Shown here in pieces: positions 50,386 to 61,001 of a stretch of DNA of 64,000 nt; within the stretch, counting starts at the first letter, position 1; every line of letters starts with the position of its first letter. Source of the stretch: an uncultured Methanosarcinales archaeon (lineage in GTDB: Archaea; Halobacteriota; Methanosarcinia; Methanotrichales; Methanotrichaceae); contig CAWJKV010000015.1 of assembly GCA_963843555.1 (NCBI GenBank), positions 1 to 64,000 of the forward strand. The letters are read 5' to 3'. The notes under the pieces are model-generated. The model made no database searches. It saw only the letters and a program-made list of their open reading frames with translations, and was not told the origin of the DNA. A program made the translations under genes and the position numbers.

Positions 50386-50420
50386 GCGCGGCGAAGATCT
50401 TCGGCGCCGCGCAGATTTTT
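50386..50420 (+). terminator. GC-rich hairpin followed by a T tract
   Basis: GCGCGGCG (50386-50393) pairs with CGCCGCGC (50405-50412), then TTTTT. Confidence 0.45.
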
Positions 50421-50486
50421 AACTCATCGCCGCTTGGTGCGGCTCTTTGAAAAGTTGGACTATTTGGCAGGGGCTGGCAAAGGAGC

Positions 50487-50936
50487 ATGAAGATGATTGA
50501 GCACAAGCAGATCGCAGTTTTTGATCCGACATCAAACGGAGTGATTGAGGTGGACGAAGGAATAGCCCCTCTGCTCAAAGCCATCTGGGATTTTGGAATC
50601 ACGACCTGCAATTCTTGCCAGGAGAACAGGCCGGGAGTTGTGTGGATAGAATTTCTCACGACAGGAGATGCAGAGACGTTCTTGACTCGTGTGATATCCG
50701 GCCTCGATCCGTTTAATAGCCCAGACGCTGATAATTGGCTTTACTCCAGAATAATTGGCGAAAACGGTGGCTGGAAGTATAACGCTCATCCACATGACAT
50801 AAGAGAATACCTGGACGATGATTTAGGGGTAATCGAATTGAACTCCTCCCAAGCATGTGAAATAGGACTCTCGTTATCGGTTCGATTTCCGGTTGCAGAT
50901 TACGAAAGGTTGCTCGAACTGGTGGGGAGAAGATAG
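50487..50936 (+). CDS. Hypothetical protein
   Basis: SD AGGAG; VDEGIAPLLKAIWDFGITTCNSCQ motif. Confidence 0.75.
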   Translation: MKMIEHKQIAVFDPTSNGVIEVDEGIAPLLKAIWDFGITTCNSCQENRPGVVWIEFLTTGDAETFLTRVISGLDPFNSPDADNWLYSRIIGENGGWKYNAHPHDIREYLDDDLGVIELNSSQACEIGLSLSVRFPVADYERLLELVGRR

Positions 50937-51036
50937 TGTTGCTAAGCTGGAATAATTGTATCGATAATAGACTTATGATGATGTTAAATAATTAGCAGAT
51001 AATCGATATCAGAATAGGGTATGTGGAGGAATCTAT

Positions 51037-51366
51037 ATTAAACATGCTGAGTCACCAGAAATTGAAAAGTTTGACGACATAATCTCGGAGCTCGAAAAGA
51101 GAGGCGTTGCGGTGCTGATGCATCGTCCTACGCGCTGGGGCTATGTCGTAGATGCTGTAATCCCTTCGGCAAAGATCGTAATTCTAAAGATGCCGGATCT
51201 GACCAAGCAGGTCAAAGTGGCCATGAGCCAGTTCAGGGATCTTATAAATAGACTGGAGAGTGATGGATACCAGGTAATCGTAATTCCCAAGAACATCATG
51301 AACCAGGAGCAGATCAAAGCCTTCTGTGATAAGATCTCTGTTGAGCCTGCTCTTGCAGCAGCCTGA
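51037..51366 (+). CDS. Hypothetical protein, degenerate DUF559/Vsr-like; possible ATT start
   Basis: The frame stays open upstream of GTG 51112 to an SD GGAGGA (51025-51030) followed by in-frame ATT at 51037; GYVVDAVIPSAKIVI..RLESDGYQVIVI. Confidence 0.6.
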   Translation: MKHAESPEIEKFDDIISELEKRGVAVLMHRPTRWGYVVDAVIPSAKIVILKMPDLTKQVKVAMSQFRDLINRLESDGYQVIVIPKNIMNQEQIKAFCDKISVEPALAAA

Positions 51367-51628
51367 TGGAATCGAGGATTTATGCAACTGGAACCGGCGA
51401 GAAGAATTCCCGGGTCCGTTACTTTTCTATTTTGTATAATAAAACTTCAAAGGCATAATTTTCAAAGGTTTCACATCCCCCCTCCTATCCACCTGCTTCA
51501 ATTATATTATCGGGACTCCTAACCAGGATTTTCAAGCGTCAGGATCATATAAATAGAGCACGAAGCCGCCCGGGAGACAGTCAATTCCCGTTCACGCTGT
51601 TAAGTCGACTGATCAATGAGGTGAAGAT

Positions 51629-52325
51629 ATGAAAAATTTAACACCATTTCTGGTTTGCATCGCTTTCTTGATGGCGATGACTGCATCGGTTTCAAGCGCT
51701 TCCGCCGTATGTTCGACCTGCGCCCAAGAAGGGGATTGGAGCCAAAGTGCAAGCAGCTTTCTTGAAGGCAAGCCCTTGAGCGATGAGCCCCAGGAATACG
51801 GTCCAAAGGCAGTTCGCAAGACCACATCCCAGTTTGAGAATGAGTCCAAGGCCGCCCAGGAGGCCCCCAGCAGCGATGCGAATGCTGCCGCAACTGCGGC
51901 TGTGGATGCCAGCGCAGCAAATGTCGCCATCAATCTTAAGAGCATTAATGCCAGTCCGAGTTCTGTGAACTCAGGAAGTCCTGTTAAGATCACTGCCATC
52001 TTTTCAGTGGGCAGTCCAGTGCAACCGGAGAACCAGACGGAGATTGCCAATAACGCCTCAACTTCCTTGGATGACGAGCCTGCTGACAGCAAGCGCCGCC
52101 GTCAAGGATTCGACAGGCAAAGATGTTGGAAATGTTAACCTGCTAAAATTTGCAGGAAATGAGTATTTCGGATACTGGAATGCTCAAGTCCCCGCTGGCG
52201 TATACAATGTAAATGTATTTGCCTCGTCCCCACAAGGATCAGAAACCTTCAATAATGCCCTGCAAATAAGCGTTGTCGCATCCGGCAATGTGTCCGGCAC
52301 TCCTGCTGTCAAGAATCTGGAGTGA
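51629..52325 (+). pseudogene. Secreted protein with Ig-like C-terminus, one frameshift (~52070)
   Basis: The signal-peptide ORF continues in a second frame (LLTASAAVKDSTGKDVG..YWNA..GVYNV). Confidence 0.75.
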
Positions 52326-52452
52326 GATCAGTCCGGCAACTGCTGGCCCGATCTCCGTTCTTTTTTATTTCCTGGGGCGAAATCCCAATTGTTTTTGTGT
52401 CGGCTGGAATTATTTAGCAATTCCATATCGAGATCCCACAAGCCGTTAATGG

Positions 52453-53160
52453 CTAAAGGAGCTCAGACAGCAACCGCCTTCTAAGTCCCTCAGTCTCTTT
52501 GAGGAAGAACCTGGAACGAAGCTTTCCCCGTACTTTTGCGCGTGTGTAGACCAGCATCTCATTCTCCATTTGCACCTTCTGCAGGCCCTCCAACTCATCT
52601 TTTTCGGCAAGAGACAGCTCGATCTCGCCAACTTTTCCTGCCGTCCAGTCGAAGACCCGGGCCTTGTAGATGGTTCGGATATGCTTTTGGCGGCCCCTGG
52701 ACCAATCCTTTTCCGACACCAGAACTGCGGCATACTCTACAGGGCCAATAAATTCCCGGCACTTTTCATCCGGCTGGCAGAGCCCGAGGTCTGATATGCC
52801 AAGATCCGGGTAGCCTCTGCTTTGCATCTGCATAGTTTTGCATTTGGGGCAGTGCATCATCCCAAACCACTCAGTGAAGATCCGCTCTTCAACGGCGACG
52901 GCATCCGACCAGAGCGACTTCGCCTCGGCGCTGCCCCAGCCCAATTGACCCAGGAATGAGGCCAGGATCGCCGCCCTCCTGTATCTGCCCTTCTCGCCTG
53001 CGGCTTTCCCAATTATATTCTTGATGCAGGGTGGAAAGGCAGCAGGCAAGGCTGGATCCATTGCCACCCACAGCGTCTCCTGACAAGGCTCGATCTCAAG
53101 GAGTGATATGGGAAGCTCCTTTCCTACTGCGGGCAACAGGCGGTCTCCTCTGGAGGGCAT
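52453..53160 (-). CDS. Protein resembling the PriL C-terminal Fe-S domain
   Basis: FPPCIKNII..R..LASFL..HCPKCKTMQ..GLCQPDEKC..GPVEY. Confidence 0.65.
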   Translation of the reverse strand: MPSRGDRLLPAVGKELPISLLEIEPCQETLWVAMDPALPAAFPPCIKNIIGKAAGEKGRYRRAAILASFLGQLGWGSAEAKSLWSDAVAVEERIFTEWFGMMHCPKCKTMQMQSRGYPDLGISDLGLCQPDEKCREFIGPVEYAAVLVSEKDWSRGRQKHIRTIYKARVFDWTAGKVGEIELSLAEKDELEGLQKVQMENEMLVYTRAKVRGKLRSRFFLKETEGLRRRLLSELL

Positions 53161-54681
53161 CTACGCTCTTTTGTGCCCTCCCACAAAATAAGCCTGCGTG
53201 TCCTTCTCCGGATGCGCTTGCTGAGGCACGGCAGCGCCCCCTTTCTGGGTCTCGAAATCCATTCTGTTCTTGAGGATGCATCGACCTTTGCGCAGCCCGC
53301 CCAGAGGATTTTTAGGTGTGCCCATGGAGTTCATGCAGCGTGCCATCACGGCAGCCCCCCTGGCCAGTCCATCGTCCACGAAGACTACATTCGTCTCCGG
53401 CAGGTCATAGAGCCCGAGCTTCTCGATTTCCTCCAGGATCAAACGGGGCTTATTGCCGCTGATTCCGGCTCGACCGGTGACGCCGATGGCAGTATTTCCT
53501 GTGACAATGCCCTCATCGATTCCCACCTGCACCAGCCGGCGCGCCACACTGGCCATGACCAGGTCCAGAGTGCCAAAAAGGATCTTCAAATTCTTGGTTT
53601 TATGGATATCAGCGCCAATCTCGGATAGCTTTTCCAGGTCGCTTCCGTTTACACCCACATCGCAGCCTATGAGGACGACGTTGTTCAGGGCCGCAGCCTG
53701 CGGGCTCACGGGCACAAGGCCGTATTTATTGCGACTTTGAGGCACCTTCTCTATTACTACTAATTCCTCAATCAGATCCGCGAAGGCTCGAGCCTCTTTG
53801 CCGTACTCTGGCTTCATCCTGGCGTCAAAGATGTCCAGCGTTGCCCCAGTTTTCTTGTCTACCAGCCCAGTGCCCTGCACCACAGCATCGGGGATGGCTC
53901 CCGCCAGGCCAAGCAGATTTCCGATGGTGTGGGCATAGGGCAGCTCTTCGCTCGTCACCCTGCCGTCCAGTGTAGTGCCGAAGTCCATAGAGAGGCAGGG
54001 GTTGCGAAAGTCCACATCTGTCCAGCGGCTCCCTTCCTTAATGCCGGCTGTGGCCAGCTCGCCTTCCATCTCATTGGCCACGACTTCTACACCTGTAGAC
54101 CCCTGCGGTGGGAAGCATGAGGCTACTGCCCCCATGAAGGTCACCTTTTCAATCATGGTGTAGCTCTTGAACTTATCGAGTATATTGTGGATGCTCATGG
54201 CCGGGGTCATGAGCCGGGGCGGAACACCTGCATCAAGGCAGCCTTTCGCCAGGGCCTGGATGAAAGCGCCCACCTGTTCCGGTGAATCCAGCTCAGCCAC
54301 GACGCCGGTGGAGCGCACCACGAAGTTCAGATCGGTCTTGATATCCAGTCGGGCCTTTTCATGGCTCTCGATAAGAGTGTTTTTCACCAGTTCCGCAATG
54401 GATTCTTCGGTTAGGGGCGTGCCGTTGATGGTATGAGCGAAGACCTCTTCACCTGGTTTTGGCAGCCTCACGTCTCTGGTCATCTTCACAGTTTTGTCGA
54501 CGATGTAGGTCTTGCCTGTAATCAGGTCAGTAGCGGTTAGAATGCATTTGGTAGTAGTATTGCCCACCTCGACCGAGGCCACGATGTAGTAGGGCTTGGT
54601 CCGAAGATCCAGGTAGTTGACAGGCGGGCTTTCTGCAATGCGGGGTGTGGGTTTGGACTTGAAGAGGCGACCAAGGTTCAT
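53161..54681 (-). CDS. Methanogenesis marker protein 14
   Basis: YYIVASVEVGNTTTKCIL, FVVRSTGV, ANEMEGEL, DFRNPC.SMDFGTTL, DDGLARGAAVMARCMNS. Confidence 0.92.
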   Translation of the reverse strand: MNLGRLFKSKPTPRIAESPPVNYLDLRTKPYYIVASVEVGNTTTKCILTATDLITGKTYIVDKTVKMTRDVRLPKPGEEVFAHTINGTPLTEESIAELVKNTLIESHEKARLDIKTDLNFVVRSTGVVAELDSPEQVGAFIQALAKGCLDAGVPPRLMTPAMSIHNILDKFKSYTMIEKVTFMGAVASCFPPQGSTGVEVVANEMEGELATAGIKEGSRWTDVDFRNPCLSMDFGTTLDGRVTSEELPYAHTIGNLLGLAGAIPDAVVQGTGLVDKKTGATLDIFDARMKPEYGKEARAFADLIEELVVIEKVPQSRNKYGLVPVSPQAAALNNVVLIGCDVGVNGSDLEKLSEIGADIHKTKNLKILFGTLDLVMASVARRLVQVGIDEGIVTGNTAIGVTGRAGISGNKPRLILEEIEKLGLYDLPETNVVFVDDGLARGAAVMARCMNSMGTPKNPLGGLRKGRCILKNRMDFETQKGGAAVPQQAHPEKDTQAYFVGGHKRA

Positions 54682-54786
54682 GGCTCAGGGAAGTGGTCAG
54701 GGAGACATTAAGGCTTTGGGTGGACGGGCAAGCTGCGGACTATGTCGAAGCCTCATTGAACTTTATCCAAGGCATATTTATTCTCT

Positions 54787-55086
54787 TTAATATAGGTTCC
54801 TGAATTTCCTCTCCAGGGGGTCGGTCAAGACTTGCATATCCTCCGTCATTGGTTTTTCTGTAGGGAATATTTTTCCGGCCAGTTCCAGATCGTCATACCT
54901 AATATCAGCCAATAACAGATCCGGAGGCGTTGTAAAATTCAGCTTCGATGAATTATTGAACCAATCATCAACTGAGCTGGAGTTATTGAGCAGCGTATCA
55001 TTTATGCTTGAGTTGTTGATTGAAGTAGTATTTATTGATGCATTATTCGATGCTAATAGGATGAATATTGCGATAAATTTTAACAT
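54787..55086 (-). CDS. Hypothetical secreted Asn/Ser-rich protein
   Basis: Short signal peptide and many NxS/T sequons. Confidence 0.65.
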   Translation of the reverse strand: MLKFIAIFILLASNNASINTTSINNSSINDTLLNNSSSVDDWFNNSSKLNFTTPPDLLLADIRYDDLELAGKIFPTEKPMTEDMQVLTDPLERKFRNLY

Positions 55087-55286
55087 GATGATCTGATACC
55101 CCCCAGACTTTTTAAAACCTATTAATGACTGAATTCACAGAACTGCAAACCCAGTAATCTAATTCTCGTCTCCTGCATTTAATAGTTTATGATCCAACAT
55201 TTCGGGTTAACTGGATTCTGCCATCAAGATCAAAAAGACCACAAAGCCGATATACCTCCTTATCTTAGCGCATAGCGAAAGGCGAG

Positions 55287-56974
55287 ATGAAAATGCTTAT
55301 TGGAATTGATGTGGGCGGCACCACCACCGATGCCGTTGTCGTGGACGGCAATAAGGTGGTCAAGACCGCATATGTGCCAACAGATCACGATAACCTGTTG
55401 AAGTGCCTGCTTGGGGCAATGGATGAGCTGGTGCAGGGCATCGATACCGGCAAGATCGAGCGAGTGGTCCTGAGCACTACACTGATTACTAATATGATCG
55501 CTGAGGGCAAGACCGATCCCGTGGCTTTGGTGCTCATACCGGGGCCCGGAACCAATCCCAAGGACTACGCGCTGGGCGAGAGCATCATCTTAGACGGTGC
55601 TATCGATTTCCGGGGCAAAGAGATCGATCGGCTCAATGAGCCCCAGATCAAAGAGGCCGCCTCCAAGATCCGGGCCCAGGGCCTCTCCCGCGTGGCCGTG
55701 GTAGGAAAGTTCTGCCAGAGAAATCATGCCCACGAGCTGAAGGTCGCCGAGATATTGGCCTCTGCTCTGCCAGGTAGCAAGATCGAGCTGGGCCACAAAG
55801 TCTCCGGCCAGCTCAACTTCCCCCGCCGGGCAGCGACAACCATGCTCACGGCCGCCACCAAAGACAGCTATGAGCGGTTTGCCAAAGATGTGGCCAGAGC
55901 TCTGAAAGAGCGCAAGATCTCGGCACCGGTCTACATCCTCAAGGCGGACGGCGGCACTCTGCCCCTGGACAAATCGGTGCAGATGCCTGTAGAGACCATC
56001 TTCTCCGGGCCTGCTGCCAGCATCATGGGCGTTTTGGCGCTGACGCAGCCGGGCCAGAGCTGTGTGGTCGTGGACATCGGCGGCACCACCACCGACCTGG
56101 CGCTCATCCTCTCCGGCAAGCCCCTGCTCTCCGCCAAAGGGGCGAAGGTGGGCTCTCTTCTCACCCACGTGCGGGCTTTTGCCGTCAAGTCGATAGCCAT
56201 CGGCGGCGACAGCGCCGTTGCCGTTTCCGGCCAGGGCTGCGGCGGCAGCCTCCGTCGGGCCGCACCGGGATGGCCCGCCGCTTTGCATGGGCGGAAATGG
56301 GCCCACGCCCACCGATGCCCTGCGAGTTTTGGGACTGTCGAGCATCGGCGACGCCGCAAAGGCTGAGAAGGCCATGCAGATCGTGGCCGACAGGCCTGGG
56401 CTGCACTGCCAAGGAGGCGGCCCAAAAGGTCGTCGATGCCGTGGTGGACAAGATCGTCTTTGAGGTCAATGAGATGTTCCGGGAATGGGAGCAGGAGCCC
56501 GCTTATCGCATCTGGGAGATCATGAAAAGAGAGTTGCTTTCTGCCCAGAGCGTGGTCGGCGTGGGCGGAGGCGCGCCTCCCCTCGTGCCGCTGGTGGCCG
56601 CCCGCCTGGGCGCAGCAGCCATTGTGCCCGAATATGCGCCCGTGGCCAATGCCATCGGGGCCGCCGTGGCCCGGCCCACCTTAACCCTGAACCTGCACAT
56701 CGACACTGAGAAAGGTGAGTTTAGCGTGGCCGAAGAAGGCCTCACGGGCCGGGTGACAGACCAAAAGATGACGCCTGAGGATGCAGAGCGGCTGGCCAAA
56801 CGGCTTTTGGCCGAGCGGGCAGCGCGCCTGGGCATAGGCGAGTATGCCGGCGAGGCCGAGGTTACTTACAGCGAGGTTTTCAATATGATTCGAGGCTGGT
56901 CAACCGTGGGAAGGCTGATGGACGTGCGAATGGAAATTCCAGCAGGTCTTCTACCATCCTGGGGGAGGTGCTGA
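55287..56974 (+). pseudogene. Hydantoinase/oxoprolinase family protein, two frameshifts (probably assembly errors)
   Basis: GIDVGGTTTD, SGPAAS, DIGGTTTD / GPTPTDAL / ANAIGAA lie in three frames; shifts ~56245 and ~56390. Confidence 0.9.
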
Positions 56975-56975
56975 A

Positions 56976-58342
56976 ATGTCCTCCAAAGGCAAGACCGGCA
57001 AGACGGGCCTCATATTCTTCCCCGCCTTCGACTGGGCCATCTCGCCCACTCACCCGGAGCGAGAGGAGCGGCTGCTCTACACCCGCGACCAGATCTTCGA
57101 GGAGGGGCTGATGGACCTCCCCGCAATCGAGGAGTACAAGCCCCGCCTGGCCGAGAAAAAGGACGTCGCTCGCGCCCATTTCTGCGTTCCCGATGTGGAG
57201 AGCCAGGTGACAGAGGCTCATCTCATCGCCGCCGGCAGCACCCTGACCCTGGCTGATGCCCTGGAGAAGGGCGAGATTCGAAACGGCTTTGCGCTGGTGC
57301 GCCCGCCCGGCCACCACAGCATGCGTGTGGTGCACGGCAACCGCGGCTTTTGCAATATCAACAACATGGCCATCCTGGTCGAGTACCTGAGGACGCAAGT
57401 ACGGCCACAAGAGGATCGCCGTCATCGATACCGATGTGCACCACGGCGACGGAACCCAGGATATATTCTGGCACGACCCGGATGTGCTCTGCCTATCCTT
57501 CCACCAGGACGGCCACACCCTCTATCCGGGCTCGGGCTTCGTCAATGAGATGGGCGGACCGCAGGCGCTGGCCCGAACGCTGAACGTCCCCCTGCCGCCC
57601 GGCACCACGGACGAGGGCATTCACTACGTTCTGGACAATCTCATCCTGCCCATCCTCGAATGAGTTCAAGCCCGATTTGATCCTGAACTCGGCCGGCCAG
57701 GACAACCACTACACTGATCCGCTGGCCAATATGCGCTTCTCAGCCAACGGCTACGCCCGGCTCAATGAAAAGCTGGCTCCCGACCTGTGCGTCCTGGAGG
57801 GAGGCTACGCCGTGGAGACGGCTCTGCCCTATGTGAACACGGGCATCATCCAGGCCATGGCCGGCCTTGATTACTCGCATGTCAAGGAGCCGGACTATGT
57901 GCCCGGTCGCTTCGTGCAGACGGAGGGAATGGTGCGGGAGATCGAGCACACGGTAGCGCAGGTGCAGAAGATCTGGGACCAGAGGGACGAACTGGTAGAA
58001 GAGGCGCTGGAGAGCCTGGGCGACTTCTACCGCCGGAAGAGGCGCGTCTTCTACGACACGGACATGATCAACGAGAACCAGGAAGAGGTAGTTCGCCTCT
58101 GCCCGGACTGCGCCGGCTACATGACCATTCTTACCTCCGCCCAGCGCGGTTACGGCATTTTGAACAGCGCCTTTTGCGTCTCCATTCCCCGCGGCGTTTG
58201 CTCCTCCTGCCGGGATGACGCCAAAGAGGAGTATGCAGAGCATGTGGACGACAGAAGGATCGGTTATGTCTTGATGCAGGACAAGGACAAAGACAAGTTC
58301 AAGTTCTACAACAACATGACCCGGACGGAGAGGGGTTACTGA
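56976..58342 (+). pseudogene. Histone deacetylase family protein, two frameshifts (probably assembly errors)
   Basis: HPERE, RPPGHH, GFCNINN / DTDVHHGDGTQ, SFHQ / SAGQDNH..D, LEGGY; shifts ~57398 and 57661. Confidence 0.92.
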
Positions 58343-58427
58343 GGCCAGAGGCTCCAGTGATCGGACCCTCCGGCCACCCAAGCTCTTTTATTCTTGCAGT
58401 TTTTGTTTTAATGCTATCACTACTGAT

Positions 58428-59040
58428 ATGACCGATAGAGCCGGTGAGCTGGAAGCTGCGGCGTCGTTGATAGATAACGAGTCCCTGGATACAGCCAAAG
58501 CTGCAATCATCATAGTCTGTCAGGAATATCTCTGCTGGGCAGATCTTTTCATCCGGAGACTGGAGACAGTCGAGCCCGACCAGCTGCACAAGTTCGGACG
58601 GGCTCTGGCTCTCACCATGCTCGGCCATCTGCCCACCCGGCCTGGAACATGCCCTTTTTGCATCCAGTACGGAAAAAGTCAGAGCTGTCAGGGCTGCGGC
58701 TATGCAGCAACGCATGGCCGCTGCGATGCAGATGATTCCTCATTCAGCCTTTTTATCGAGGCCTTCCAGGATCTGGGAAGGGCCATCTACCAGGATACGG
58801 GCCAGTTAAGCTGCCCTCCGGATGATGCCAGGAGACGTCTCAATGAAATCCATTCAGGCCTCACGCGGTCTGGCCAGGAAGATGATGGAGGATCTGCCCT
58901 CCACCTCTGCTTTGATGCTGATGGAGCGAAAGGCCTGGTACCTTGATCAGATGATCAGGCTCCTTCCTCTGGAACTACTAGATCAAGAGGTCACTGAGAG
59001 ATGCCGTCAGGTGCAAAAGGAGCTCTCGAATTACTGGTAG
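58428..59040 (+). pseudogene. Cys-rich hypothetical protein, one frameshift (~58845)
   Basis: CPFC..CQGCGYAATHGRC; continues in the frame of ORF 58822-59040. Confidence 0.65.
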
Positions 59041-59153
59041 ACCGATGTGAAAAGCAGGCTCATAAGAATTTATGAAATCGATATGACCTCTGAGCATGAT
59101 CATAAAAAACGCCGGAAGGTCGCAAGAGACTTTGGCCCGTAAGAAAAAGCCAA

Positions 59154-60248
59154 TCACGTCAGATGCTTCTTCAGCACATCCAAATAGAGCTTCTGCACAT
59201 TCTCCCGGGTCTTGGTCATCTCCGGGAATCCACTATATTTCATGGCCTTCTCTGCATCTTCGGGGAGATTGAGCTTGTACTGGCTGCGGGAGAGGAACCA
59301 GCCCTGTTTGGCATAATAGCGGGAGAGGTACTCCTGCTCTGTCTGGCCGGGAGTGGGAGTGAAAAGCCCATGCTTCTTATCCAGCTCCACCATCTCCATC
59401 ATAGTGGTATAACCGGATCTTGTGATCAGGAACCGGGCCCGGTTCATAAGCTCCACCTTTTCGTCCGTGGAGAGGTAGGAGTGCACAGCGGTATGCTCAT
59501 CCAGTTTCCTGTGCGATTCTTTTTGCGGGCTACCCAGGAGGACGACCTTCTCTCCGGGCAACTTCGTCACCTGCTTGAGAATGATCTCCTCGAGCTTGGT
59601 CCTCTGCGGCTCAGGGCCGGATACTATTATCAGGTAATCCAGGTCTTCGTCCATCTTCATCTTCTTGGTGCTGGTCAGGATTCCGGCGAAGTACGCCCTT
59701 TTGTTGGTAGCATCCAGGTTGGAGCGGCAAAGCTTGCCGCTGAGGTTGAGGCAGCCGCCATTGGGATCGATGTCTGGCACGATTACTCCGTCATATTTGG
59801 TGTGGAAGAAGCCATTGAGGGGAAGGGTCAGCAATTCAAAAGGATAAAGATAGTCCGGCAGGCTGAAGCGAAGCTGGTGGGTGATGAAATAGCTGGGAAT
59901 CCTGTTGGAGTAGACTCCCATGCGGTTATCGCTTATGATCAGGTCATACTTATTCTCGGATAAGATCTGGGCCAGCTTTTTTCTCTCCCTGGCCACGGCC
60001 CGGAGGAGGATGGGAATGCTGGCCGTAAACTTGGGCAAGAAGAATTGTGAAGCACTGTAGGGCGCAGGATAGTCCTTGAAGAGTATAAAGTTGCATTCCG
60101 GGCATTCTCTCTTGAGAAGAGCCAGGGCATTGCCACTGGTGCCTACCGTCACCTCATGGCCGCGTCTTATGAGCTCCTCGATGATGGGAATGTCGCGAGT
60201 GGAGTGGCCCAAACCCCAGTTTAGAGGGCTCAAAAATACTTTCCCCAT
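59154..60248 (-). CDS. Glycosyltransferase family 28 (MurG-like)
   Basis: LNWGLGHSTR, ISDNR, ITHQ, RSGYTT, PTPGQTEQ. Confidence 0.9.
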   Translation of the reverse strand: MGKVFLSPLNWGLGHSTRDIPIIEELIRRGHEVTVGTSGNALALLKRECPECNFILFKDYPAPYSASQFFLPKFTASIPILLRAVARERKKLAQILSENKYDLIISDNRMGVYSNRIPSYFITHQLRFSLPDYLYPFELLTLPLNGFFHTKYDGVIVPDIDPNGGCLNLSGKLCRSNLDATNKRAYFAGILTSTKKMKMDEDLDYLIIVSGPEPQRTKLEEIILKQVTKLPGEKVVLLGSPQKESHRKLDEHTAVHSYLSTDEKVELMNRARFLITRSGYTTMMEMVELDKKHGLFTPTPGQTEQEYLSRYYAKQGWFLSRSQYKLNLPEDAEKAMKYSGFPEMTKTRENVQKLYLDVLKKHLT

Positions 60249-60334
60249 TGTGCGGAAGAGGAGCAGGCTGATGGTATAAAACATTTTCTCGGACGGAAAA
60301 GGGATAAATACGAATCACATGCAGCTATGATTCC

Positions 60335-60580
60335 GTGTATGAACAGATAGAAAAGGCCCTGAAAGAGATTGATGCCAAAAATATTCCAGATCAGGAGAAG
60401 ATGAGAGCCATTCTCAAGAGATATGTGATGGGAGATATCGGCTTGGACGAGGCTTACTACAATCTACTGGAGGAGGAGCTCATTCCCATGCCCCAGAGGT
60501 GCGCCCTGTCCACCAAGATACCTCACACGGCAGAAGATGAGATGAGGCTCAAAGAGGAGATAAGAAGCAAGCTCCTCTAA
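60335..60580 (+). CDS. Hypothetical protein
   Basis: 81-aa charged helical ORF. Confidence 0.7.
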   Translation: MYEQIEKALKEIDAKNIPDQEKMRAILKRYVMGDIGLDEAYYNLLEEELIPMPQRCALSTKIPHTAEDEMRLKEEIRSKLL

Positions 60581-60646
60581 GAGCCAGCCGCTCGCAGGTC
60601 CTCTCGGTATCTATCTTCGGGGGGAAAGTGGATTAAGCGGAAGGGA

Positions 60647-60877
60647 GTGCATCTTTTCGGAGAAGAAAAAGCAGGCGACCTGGCAGTGGCAGTGGTGAGC
60701 ACAATGGTGGAAAAGAGCGATGCAATGAGGCAGCATGAGAAATGGATAGAAGAGACCATGAAGCGCAAACCCAAGCATAAGAGAGAAGGGTTGCCGATTC
60801 AACCCTGGCATGCACTCGTCTTCATGGGGGTGTTATTCGTCCTGATGGTATTGATTGGAGAATTGATCCATAGATAA
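60647..60877 (+). CDS. Small membrane protein (start possibly 60704)
   Basis: Basic N-terminus and a C-terminal TM helix. Confidence 0.55.
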   Translation: MHLFGEEKAGDLAVAVVSTMVEKSDAMRQHEKWIEETMKRKPKHKREGLPIQPWHALVFMGVLFVLMVLIGELIHR

Positions 60878-61001
60878 CACGGCCAACCCATATTCTTGAT
60901 AATAGGACCAATCTCCAATTTTTAAAAAACGGAGAAATAGTCTTCTCATAGCCAACATTGCATCAACAAAGAGATATAGTCAGTATGTATCATCCTGGAT
61001 C

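Noticed and set aside
55287..58342. Programmed ribosomal frameshifting
   Set aside because: No consistent slippery heptamers or stimulatory structures; indels are scattered across unrelated genes.
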